Shown piece after piece: positions 19,637 through 28,567 of a stretch of 64,000 nt of DNA (positions are counted from its first letter, which is position 1; each line of letters opens with the position of its first letter). The notes below the pieces were generated by a model, which did no database searches, was not told the DNA's origin, and saw only the letters and a list, made by a program, of their open reading frames with translations. This stretch comes from an uncultured Actinomycetota bacterium. Lineage in GTDB: Bacteria; Actinomycetota; Actinomycetes; JAFAQI01. Made by a program: the position numbers and the translations under genes. The DNA is taken from the NCBI GenBank assembly GCA_963770565.1, contig CAVYQE010000002.1, forward strand, positions 448,001 to 512,000, written 5' to 3'.

Positions 19637-20123
19637 CGCCGACCTCCATCTCATCGCGTGCCTGATCGACCCGAAGCGCGACAAGCGCACGGTGCGCCCG
19701 CGACTTCACCGTCCCAACCGAACACCGCAGCATTCTCGCGATCTCCGCCTCGCTGCAGTCGCAGTAATAACGAAGCACCACCACCGCCCGCTGCTCCGGC
19801 GGAAGCGCGGACAACGCCCGCTCGAGCACCATCGCCGACTCGACCCCGAGCGCTGCATCCGGCGTTGAACGCTCCGGCATCGATAGCGTCGGCACCTCAC
19901 CACGCCACCTGCGCTGCCCGGCCCGCAGCGCGAGCCTGCTCATCACCGTGCGGGTATAGGCGAGCGGGTCGTCCACCGAGGACCACCGGCGGTAGGTCTT
20001 CAACAGCGCAACCTGCGCGAGGTCCTCACCCGCCGCAGGGTCGGGCGCGAGCAGCCGCCCGGTCCGCACCAGCGCGGCCCACGACGACTCCACAAACCGC
20101 GTGAAGTCCTCGTCGTGGCCCAC
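19629..20123 (-). CDS. ECF sigma factor (actinobacterial SigE-like family)
   Basis: GEDLAQVALLKTYRRW; LPPEQRAVVVLRYY..SEAEIA..GTVKSR. Confidence 0.92.
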   Translation of the reverse strand: MGHDEDFTRFVESSWAALVRTGRLLAPDPAAGEDLAQVALLKTYRRWSSVDDPLAYTRTVMSRLALRAGQRRWRGEVPTLSMPERSTPDAALGVESAMVLERALSALPPEQRAVVVLRYYCDCSEAEIARMLRCSVGTVKSRAHRALVALRVDQARDEMEVGDE

Positions 20124-20653
20124 ACCTAATAAGAGCACCGATGGCCCGAAGAAGGTTCCCCAAGACACAGTCCTTCTGCAACGGACTGCGGTCACGACCG
20201 ACCGCCGAGTAAGTGCCGCTACCGTCGGGCACCATCCCTGCCGTTCGGATCGGGGCCGCTAGGTGGAAATGAGGTCAGTAGCGCGTTCCAAACCCCGCCG
20301 CAACCTAATCGGCTCGGCCACCGGCATGGACCATACTGCGTCGAACTGTCGGCAAGTCGCGCAATGGGGATCCGCGCCGCCGTCATGTTCACCGCGGTGA
20401 GCTCGTCCACCGGCCATTGCGAGGTCGAACAGCGCGTCGATGGCTTGCCAGGTCACTCCGTCGCCCTGCACCACAAGGCCGTCTCTCGACCCGAAGTCGT
20501 CGTCCGCCTCGAGAATCCGAGCGGCGTTTTAACGCGCGGCATGCGTGGGTCTCGCGCCCGGTCCGTCCACCAAGAGCATCACGCGCGGCAAGCAACGCGT
20601 CCGATGCGTTGCCTTTGCGGAGGTTCTGCAGTCTGAGATAGCGGGACGGCATG

Positions 20654-21358
20654 TCAGCGCCAGTCCGAGCCTGACAGGTTCACACTCGCTGCGCCGTATA
20701 TGTCATCGAAGGTGATCCCACCGAAGTTGATCGCGTTGAGACGCCTCGTGGTGTAGTCGACCGTCACGACCTGTTGCAGTTTCGTATCTCCGAGGTTGTT
20801 CGTCTCAGGGAAATATCCGAAGATCCCGACCTCGCGCAACATTGGATAGTCGCTTTCGTAGGTCTTGATGATCTGGAGCATGTTGTAGACATCTTCCTTC
20901 GCCCCGCCGGTCCGAAGACCCTGCGTCAGGTTGTCCTGGATCAAGAAGGGCACCGACAGGAACCGACCGCTGTACTTCAGGCGGACGATCCGTGGCGAAC
21001 CGGCGTAGATTCGACTTCCCTAGCTTGTTCAAAGGGTGGCTTTGAGCGATGTTGGCGCACTCGGCGATGAGGCTCCAGGTGGCGAAGTCGAGGGCCCGGG
21101 CGATGACGAGGACTTTCCATTAGGGCTGACCGCGTTGCCGATAATGCCGACGACCGCTAGCACTGCCACAACGGTGAGAACAACGGACCATGCGGGATGG
21201 CGCTTTACCCAGGACCGCGAGTCCCCTGGCCAGAAGTTCCAACCTTCCAGTGGCGGGCCCCATGACGGATCGGGGGTCCAGCCGGCCGGTGGCGACCAAC
21301 CAGGCGACGGCGAAGCCGGCCAGTTCGGCGGAGGCGTCCAAGCCATGGGGCGGACCAT
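20654..21358 (-). pseudogene. hypothetical membrane protein, frameshifted
   Basis: WTPPPNWP..GWTPDPSWGP N-terminus with TM helix (21029..21358) continuing into 20654..20953. Confidence 0.5.
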
Positions 21359-21536
21359 AGACCCTGGCGGGGACGATAGACCCAGGGGAATGATCCGATG
21401 CCGACCACACCCAACTCAGTTGCGCCCGCACACGCACTCCACCGTTTTGGACGCGTGGGGCTAGCGCCTGCCGTAGCTATTCCATGCTGGGTCCCTGCCG
21501 CCGCTGGGGCTCGTCTGCTCGTCGGTGCCAGCTGTT

Positions 21537-22877
21537 TGAATCGCCCTGGGTTGCTTGGAGGCTCCAGACCTTGGAAACGAGGATGGAGTCATGGGGAACG
21601 AAGGCACACCGGGAAGCCGACTACGCGTCGGTACTCACCGGAGGAGAAGGCGCAGGCGGTCCGGTTGGTGCGTCAGCTGCGCAAGGAGCTCGGGCACCGA
21701 GCACGGGACGGTCCAGCGGGTCGCCGAGCAGCTCGGCTCGGGGTGGAGTCGTTGCGGTCTGGGTGAAGCAGGCCGAGATCGATGACGGTCGAGCCGGGCA
21801 CGACGACCGTCGGAGGCGAAGCGGATCAAGGAGCTCGAGCAGGAGAACCGGAGCTGCGGCGGGCGAACGCGATCTCTGAAGTCGGCGTCGGCTTTTTTCG
21901 CGGCGGAGCTCGACCGCCCACAGAGGTGATGGTCGCGTTACATCGACGAGCACCGCGACGAGTTCGGAGTCGAGCCCATCTGCCGCACGTTGCAGGTGGC
22001 TCCGAGCACGTACTACGCGGCGAAGTCCCGGCCGCGTCGTCGGCGCGGGCGGTGCGCGACGCGGTGATGATGCAGGTCCTGATGGTGTTGTGGGTCGCGA
22101 ACCGCAAGGTCTACGGGGCACACAAGCTCTGGAAAGCGGCCCGCGGGCCGGCCATGACATCGGCCGGGATCAGGTCGCCCGACTGATGCGTGAACTGGCC
22201 ATCGAGGGCGTCTCCCGACGCCGCAAGAAGGTGTTCACCACCCGGGCCGATCCCGACGCGATCCGAGCGCCGGATCTCGTCAACCGGAACTTCACCGCCG
22301 ACCGGCCCGACGCGTTGTGGGTCACCGACCTGACCTATGTGCCGACCCGGTCGGGGATGGCGTACGTGTGTTTCATCGTCGACGCGTTCACCCGCCGCAT
22401 CGTTGGCTGGCGGGTCGCGTCGAACATGCGCACCGCGATGGTCCTGGACGCGCTCGAGATGGCCCGCGACGATCCCGCGGCGGGAAACGATTCGTCGGGC
22501 TCGTGACCCATTCCGATGCCGGCGTCGCAATTCACGTCGGTGCGGTTCACGGAGCGACTCGACGAGATCGGCGCACGCCCATCGATCGGCACCGTCGCCG
22601 ATTCGTACGACAACGCGCTGGCTGAGACGACCAACGGGCTCTACAAGACCGAGTGCGTCTACGGACCCGACACCAACGGCTGGGACGACGTCGACGAACT
22701 CGAACTCGCGACGCTGTCATGGGTGCACTGGTTCAACGACGACCGCCTCCACAGCCACTGCAACGACATGCCACCCGCAGAGTTCGAAGACAGCGTTCTA
22801 CGCTGCGCTCGACAGACCGACCAGCGAGGCGGTTGGAATCCAATAACCCGAGCCTCCATCAGACCCAGGGCGATTCA
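21537..22877 (+). mobile_element. IS3-family insertion sequence, frameshifted orfA/orfB
   Basis: TGAATCGCCCTGGG.../...CCCAGGGCGATTCA ends, 3-bp TSD GTT, WVTDLTYV, HSD, DNALAE integrase-core motifs. Confidence 0.95.
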
Positions 22878-22935
22878 GTTCGGGGGCTGTTGTTCGTTTG
22901 GGTGGCCCTTCTTTTGGCCCTTCCCATCCCTTCCC
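22878..22935 (-). repeat. right terminal inverted repeat (58 bp)
   Basis: exact reverse complement of 3110-3167. Confidence 0.95.
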
Positions 22936-22950
22936 GCACTTCGTGCCGGT
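22936..22950 (+). repeat. right 15-bp target-site duplication
   Basis: identical to 3095-3109. Confidence 0.93.
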
Positions 22951-22992
22951 GGGAAGGGATGGGAAGACAGAAACCCCAACACCAGCCACCGA
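22951..22992 (+). mobile_element. left end of a second, related casposon-like element (extent unknown)
   Basis: first 16 nt identical to the TIR start; AACACCAGC and CCAGCCACCG also occur near the first element's left end. Confidence 0.6.
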
Positions 22993-23283
22993 CGGAGCAA
23001 GGCCCGGAGCCGGCCTCCCAACCCCTGGCATAGGCACCCCTACAACGGAGCCCCACGCGTCCAGAACGGTGGCGAACAGAGGGGTGAACCCTTCAGGGCC
23101 TGGCCGCCGCTTCGGCTGAGAGGTTCAGCGGCGCCGCGCTGGCCACGGCCGACGGGTCGACTCGCCACTCCTCTGGGTGCGTGTCGACGTACAGCTCAAC
23201 GGCGTTGCCGTCGGGATCCGAGACGATGAGCGCCTTGCTCACCCGAAAGTCGAACGCCGCGTGCACAACAACACCCTTGGCAT

Positions 23284-24412
23284 CTAGTGTCGCGCGTCAT
23301 TAGTTCCTTTACATTGGGGTGAGTTCGCGTCATGCTGTGGCATGGCGCTGTTGACTGCAGGTGTGCAGATCCCTGAGGCGGACCGGGCGACGCTTCAGAG
23401 CTGGTCTCGGTCGACGTCGATCAAGGCCGGGCTGGTGACTCGGGCCAGGATCGTCCTTGCTGCCGGTGACGGCTTGGGCACGACCTCGATCGCTTCGAAG
23501 CTTGGGGTGTCCAGGCCGACGGTGATCCAGTGGCGTGAGCGGTATGCCGCCGAAGGCTTGGCCGGGCTGCAGGACGATCCGCGGTCGGGTCGGCCGAAGA
23601 CGGTCGACGACGCGGCGATCCTGGCGATGACGCTCGACCCGCCGCCGGAGCGCCTTGGGGTGACGCACTGGTCCACCCGCCTGCTGGCGGCGGAGCTGAA
23701 GGTCGGCGATGCGACCGTGGCGCGGACGTGGCGCAAGTACTGCGTGCAGCCGTGGCGGCGCGGGACGTTCAAGTTCAGCACCGACCCTGAGTTGGTGGCG
23801 AAGGTCCACGACGTCGTCGGCCTCTACCTGAACCCGCCGGAGAAGGCAGTCGTGCTCTGCGTCGATGAGAAGAGCCAGATCCAGGCACTCGATCGGACCG
23901 CCCCGATCCTGCCGATGCGCCCAGGGCTGCCGGAGAAGGCCACCCACGACTACAAGCGCAACGGCACCGCGACCTTGTTCGCCGCTCTAGAAGTCGCGAC
24001 CGGCAAGGTCACCGACGCCGTCTATGAACGGCACGGAAAAGCCGAGTTCCTCGCGTTCATGAAGCAGGTCGCGAAGGCCTACCCGCGACGTGAGCTCCAC
24101 GTCGTGCTGGACAACTACCACACCCACAAGCACACCGAAGTCCAAGCCTGGCTAGCGAAGAACCCTCGCGTCACCTTGCACTTCACACCCACATCGGGGT
24201 CGTGGATGAACATGGTCGAGATCTTTTTCGGGATCATCACCCGCCAAGCGATCCGGCGCGGCAGCTTCGCCAACGTCAAAGAACTCATGGTCGCGATCAG
24301 CCGCTTCATCGACGGCTGGAACAACCGCTGCCACCCATTCACCTGGACAAAAACGGCGGACGAGATCCTGCCTCACGCCACCCGTCAAGCAACTTCAGAC
24401 GCGCGACACTAG
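23284..24412 (+). mobile_element. IS630-family element
   Basis: CTAGTGTCGCGCGTC / GACGCGCGACACTAG inverted ends including the duplicated CTAG/TA site. Confidence 0.95.
23342..24412 (+). CDS. IS630 transposase (intact)
   Basis: VDEKS, LDNY..H, SGSWMNMVE DDE motifs. Confidence 0.95.
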   Translation: MALLTAGVQIPEADRATLQSWSRSTSIKAGLVTRARIVLAAGDGLGTTSIASKLGVSRPTVIQWRERYAAEGLAGLQDDPRSGRPKTVDDAAILAMTLDPPPERLGVTHWSTRLLAAELKVGDATVARTWRKYCVQPWRRGTFKFSTDPELVAKVHDVVGLYLNPPEKAVVLCVDEKSQIQALDRTAPILPMRPGLPEKATHDYKRNGTATLFAALEVATGKVTDAVYERHGKAEFLAFMKQVAKAYPRRELHVVLDNYHTHKHTEVQAWLAKNPRVTLHFTPTSGSWMNMVEIFFGIITRQAIRRGSFANVKELMVAISRFIDGWNNRCHPFTWTKTADEILPHATRQATSDARH

Positions 24413-24848
24413 GTCGGCTTTGGCCGCAACGAGCTCGTCCACGGTGTCGCCGATCTTGAACGCGAAGTGGTGCAGCCCGATCGGCCCTCCAGGCCCGTCC
24501 GCATCGCCCTGGACCAAGGCGAGGTCGTGGTGGTTGTCGCCCGTCGACAGGAAGACCATCAGACCTTCGCCGAACTCGCCTCGGCCCACTTCCCGCAGCC
24601 CAAGCACGTCGCCGTAAAACGCCAGCGAGTCCTCGACGTCGCGCACCCGCAGCACGACGTGCCCGACCTTCGAGATGCGGAAACTTGCGCTCGTCATCGG
24701 TCTCCGTTCGCACCCGGACGGAACGGCCTGACATTACCGCAGGTTCGTGCCCGTTCCCATATCGCAAGTACCGCTCTTAGGCGGCGAAGCTCTGGCGCCT
24801 CGAGGTGGCGTCCCTTGTCGGTCTGAACGTCAGGAGACCGTCGGCTCG

Positions 24849-25928
24849 TCATGTGAGATCAAGCGCCCGGCTCCGACCTTCGTCGCTACTCAGGGCCGCC
24901 TCGTCGGATGGTGGGTTCAACTTTGGGACGGTCGCCAGGGTGATCGCGAATCGGCAGCCATTGTCGGTGTTGGTGGCGTCGATCGTGCCACCGTGCGCTT
25001 GAACGATCGCGCGGGCAATCGCCAGCCCCAGGCCGGCGCCTCGGTCGGGTACCGGCGTACGCGCGGCACCGCCTCGGAACGCGATGTCGAATACTCGGGC
25101 AAGGTGCTCGTCAGGGATCCCGCCGCACTCGTCCTGCACGGCAATCACCGTCTGGCCGGCGGCAACGCGATTGGTGATCAGGATCGTGCCGCCGGGCGGT
25201 GTGTGTTGGATGCCGTTGGATAGCAGGTTGCGCAGCACCCGGTCGAACTCGTCGGCATCGACCTCGACGGTGGCCTCGACGACTTCGTCGGCGATCCGGA
25301 TCTGCCTCGCAGCGGCGAGAGCGGACGCGGTCGGCAGTGCCTGCGCGACGAGGTCGGTGACGGCGATCTGCTCACGCTGCAAAGTCAGAGTGCCGCTGTG
25401 CAGGCGCGCGAGCTCGAACAATCCGTCGACCATCGCGGTGAGCCGGACCGACTCGTCGCGGATCCCGCGGTGGTAGCACCCGACCGTTTCCTCGTCGGTG
25501 ACGACGCCGTCCTCGAGGGCCTCCGCCATCGCACGGATACCCGCGATTGGTGTGCGCAGGTCATGTGACATCCACGCGACCAGCTCGCGACGGTTGGCTT
25601 CGGCGGTGCGATCGGACTCGTACCGTGCGACCGCTTGTGCACTCGCCTTGATCGTCGAGGTCACCCCGCGGCCGACGCCGTACGCGCATGTGCCTGCGAC
25701 CAGCGCCGAGACGATCACGACGACGACCAGCACCGCGCTGTCATGGGCGGTGATAGTCATCGTCTCGGCGGCGGCGATGACCCCGGCAATGGTGGACAGG
25801 GTGGCGACCGCGACCGTGGCGACGATCAAGGCAGAGCTGACCCGGCGGCGCAACAGCCAGACCGCTGCCGCGCACGCGAGGCCGGTGACCAAAGCAGCGG
25901 TAGCGGAGATCACGATCATGTGCGTCAT
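24849..25928 (-). CDS. sensor histidine kinase
   Basis: SHDLRTP H box, NLLSNG, DECGG, GAGLGL. Confidence 0.93.
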   Translation of the reverse strand: MTHMIVISATAALVTGLACAAAVWLLRRRVSSALIVATVAVATLSTIAGVIAAAETMTITAHDSAVLVVVVIVSALVAGTCAYGVGRGVTSTIKASAQAVARYESDRTAEANRRELVAWMSHDLRTPIAGIRAMAEALEDGVVTDEETVGCYHRGIRDESVRLTAMVDGLFELARLHSGTLTLQREQIAVTDLVAQALPTASALAAARQIRIADEVVEATVEVDADEFDRVLRNLLSNGIQHTPPGGTILITNRVAAGQTVIAVQDECGGIPDEHLARVFDIAFRGGAARTPVPDRGAGLGLAIARAIVQAHGGTIDATNTDNGCRFAITLATVPKLNPPSDEAALSSDEGRSRALDLT

Positions 25929-26617
25929 GGCGGATCGGCCGGCTCGTATCGATAGCCGACACCCCAGACCGTGAGCAGCCGGGCTGGCCGGCCCGGATCG
26001 GCTTCGATCTTCTCCCGCAACCGGCGGACGTGAACGGTGACGGTGGACACGTCACCGAAGCTCCATCCCCACACTCGCTCGAACAACTGCTCCCGGCTGA
26101 ACGCGGTCTGGGGATGACGTACGAGGTAGGAGAGCAGGTCGTACTCGCGTGCGGTGAGCCAGACCACCTCGCCGTCCTTGGTGACCTGGTGCGCCGCGTC
26201 GTCAATGACCAGGTCGCCGTCGACCAGGCGAGTGTCGCTCCTCGCGACCAGCGGACCGGACGCGCGCCGCAGTACGGCCTCGACACGGAGCGCGAGCTCC
26301 CGCGGGCTGAACGGTTTCGTCACGTAGTCGTCGGCACCGAGCTCGAGGCCTGCGACCCGGTCGGTCTCGTCGCTGCGGGCCGTCAGCATGATGACCGGAA
26401 CCGGCCCGGCCTCGCGGAGCCGGCGGCAGACGTCGAGGCCGGACATCGAGGGAAGCATCAGGTCGAGCACGACCAGATCAGGTGCGTGTGCAAAGGCCCA
26501 CTGCAGGGCGCGCAGGCCATCGCCGATTACTTCGACGTCGTGACCGTCACGAATGAGGTAGCGCGCGACGACGTCGCTCACGGTCGGATCGTCATCGACG
26601 ACAAGGACATGCCCCAC
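25925..26617 (-). CDS. OmpR-family response regulator
   Basis: VVDDD, LDLMLP, KPFS, TVWGVGY. Confidence 0.95.
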   Translation of the reverse strand: MGHVLVVDDDPTVSDVVARYLIRDGHDVEVIGDGLRALQWAFAHAPDLVVLDLMLPSMSGLDVCRRLREAGPVPVIMLTARSDETDRVAGLELGADDYVTKPFSPRELALRVEAVLRRASGPLVARSDTRLVDGDLVIDDAAHQVTKDGEVVWLTAREYDLLSYLVRHPQTAFSREQLFERVWGWSFGDVSTVTVHVRRLREKIEADPGRPARLLTVWGVGYRYEPADPP

Positions 26618-26736
26618 AGGTCGAGGTTAGGCGCCCAGGCGGGATCCCCAAAGCCCGTTAAGGATTCCGTAAGCGGTGACGGACAACGGAGGGGACGGCA
26701 GCTGTCCGCTGCCGCCCCCTCCGTCAGGTTGGATCG

Positions 26737-27927
26737 TCAGTTCACCACGATGCCGGCCGGAGCGACCGAGCCGGGCACGGTCACCGGTGCGCCGGCAAGC
26801 GGGGTGAGGTTGCCGCCATCCACTCGGAAGCCGCTGATCGTCGCGGCACCACCATCGACGACGTACAACTTGTGGCCGCCTGGCGAGAGTCGCAGGTCGA
26901 TCGGACCCTTCTGCGTGGTCGGGTCGAGTGCGGTGCTGCCGATCAGGGTCATCGACCCGTTGGGCGCGATCGAGTAGCGCGAGATGCTCGGTACGGCGGT
27001 GTTGGTCGTGAACAAGAACCTGCCGTCGTGGCTGATCTCGACCCAGCACGGCGCGGTCTGGTTATCAGCGAAGGGGCCGGCGCCGATCGAGGTCAAACTG
27101 CCGTTGCGCGAGACAGCGAAGGCCGAGATCGTGCCGTTGTTCGGTCCGCCGTGCGCGTTCGAGACGAACAGCTGGCTGGGATTGGTGGGTCGGAACTCCG
27201 ATCCGAGCGGGCCGGGGCCCTGCGCGGCGTACGGCGAGCCTGGCGCGGCATAAAGCAGGCCGTTGCGGCCCACGTTGAAGCTGTCGACCAGCGAGGTGGC
27301 GACCCGGGTACCGACCACGGACGTGCCGGTCGAGTTGAACAGCACATCACCGAGCTGCGAGCCGTCGGGCACCGCGACCGTCGACTCGGCGAGGTGACGC
27401 AACATACCCGCGCGGTCGAGCACGAAACCGGTGTAGTTGCCCCCGGAGTAGCCGTTGTTGGGATCGCCGGCGTTGGCGACATAGACCAGCTCGTCACGAC
27501 CCCAAGGGGTGATCGCGATGCTGACCGGCGAGCTGCCGTGCGAGGAGACGGTTCCGCCGACAACGCGATGTGGAACGCCCGACCCACTGAAACGGAGCAC
27601 CGAGATTTGGTCGCTGCCCGCATCGACTGCGAGCAGGAACCGGCCGTCAGGGGTTTCTTGGAGGGCGCCTTGCGATGCCGTCCCCGCGCCAGAGCCGTTG
27701 CCGCCCGTGCTGTACGGCGATCCCGCTTCTGGCGTCAAGGACCCGTCGGCATGCCGGTCGAAACCGCCGATCGTGTTGCCTACCGCGGTGTTGTCGTTCA
27801 CGTAGACATGCCCGACGACCGGTGAGGCGTGAGGTGCGACGGCCTGCGCCGCCACGGCCGGACCAGCCAGACCCAGCGTGACGACACCGCCCAGGATGGC
27901 TGCAAACTTGAAGGATTTCACGGGCAA
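26737..27927 (-). CDS. secreted lactonase-family beta-propeller protein
   Basis: signal peptide; repeated TPDGRFL/SHDGRFL blades. Confidence 0.8.
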   Translation of the reverse strand: MPVKSFKFAAILGGVVTLGLAGPAVAAQAVAPHASPVVGHVYVNDNTAVGNTIGGFDRHADGSLTPEAGSPYSTGGNGSGAGTASQGALQETPDGRFLLAVDAGSDQISVLRFSGSGVPHRVVGGTVSSHGSSPVSIAITPWGRDELVYVANAGDPNNGYSGGNYTGFVLDRAGMLRHLAESTVAVPDGSQLGDVLFNSTGTSVVGTRVATSLVDSFNVGRNGLLYAAPGSPYAAQGPGPLGSEFRPTNPSQLFVSNAHGGPNNGTISAFAVSRNGSLTSIGAGPFADNQTAPCWVEISHDGRFLFTTNTAVPSISRYSIAPNGSMTLIGSTALDPTTQKGPIDLRLSPGGHKLYVVDGGAATISGFRVDGGNLTPLAGAPVTVPGSVAPAGIVVN

Positions 27928-28156
27928 TCTCCTTAGGTTCAGGGGCCGGCCAATCCGCCGGCACTAACCCAGGAGGTACACCCGTGCGAGGCCCCGGACA
28001 GCGACCGTGATCGTCTGTTCAGAACCTCGTAAGAAGCCTTACGAACCGTGGCAGCGGGCTACTCGCCCGGGTTGGTTGTGACGACGACCGAGCCGTGCAA
28101 GGGTTCGCTACGCCCGACAGGCAGGAAACCTGCAACGACCAGGGAGGGAGTCGGCA

Positions 28157-28426
28157 GTGATTGCGATCTACATCACCACCGAGAACATGACGGCGGCGCA
28201 ACATGCCGAAGGACGCAAACGCCTTAAGGGGGCCGGCGCTTCGGAAGATGCCATGAAGCTGCACTCGGTGTTCGGCGAGGAAGGCAAGCTGCAGGTATTC
28301 GACATCTGGGAGAGCCAAGAAGCGTTCGACGCGTTTCTCGGATACCTGGTGCCCATCCTCGAAGACTTGGGCATCAGCTTGAGCTCGCCGCCGACCGTGA
28401 TGCCTGTCGTCGATCTCGTTCAGTAG
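28157..28426 (+). CDS. small dimeric alpha-beta barrel-like hypothetical protein
   Basis: VFDIWESQEAFDAF motif; GGAG RBS. Confidence 0.7.
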   Translation: MIAIYITTENMTAAQHAEGRKRLKGAGASEDAMKLHSVFGEEGKLQVFDIWESQEAFDAFLGYLVPILEDLGISLSSPPTVMPVVDLVQ

Positions 28427-28567
28427 GCACGGCTCGCGCAACAAAGGCAGGCTCCACGGAGGGGATCGCGCCCGCCACGCTGGCGCCGACGCTCAACGCC
28501 CCCACGGCATGGGCACATCTGCCACCGAACCCACGCGTCAAGGACAGAGGCGGCTTGCGCTGACTTT

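Larger units (their letters stand above)
3110..22935. mobile_element. casposon (Cas1 + PolB element) integrated at the tRNA-Arg 3' end
   Basis: 58-bp perfect TIRs, 15-bp TSD, solo cas1, polB-like gene and HNH gene inside. Confidence 0.92.
23093..24697 (-). pseudogene. VOC/glyoxalase family gene interrupted by IS630
   Basis: GHVVLRV..HHFAF..ADL on the right of the IS continues as DAKGV..SDPDGNAVELYVD on the left. Confidence 0.88.

Noticed and set aside
3095-22966. 31-bp direct repeat (3095-3125 = 22936-22966) read as attL/attR of the tyrosine recombinase
   Set aside because: It includes only 3 nt of the tRNA and splits exactly into a 15-bp TSD plus the TIR start; the 58-bp inverted repeats and cas1 explain it better.
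23014-23029. CCTCCCAACCCCTGGC as the right TIR of a miniature second element
   Set aside because: Only 11/16 match in low-complexity sequence and no TSD follows.
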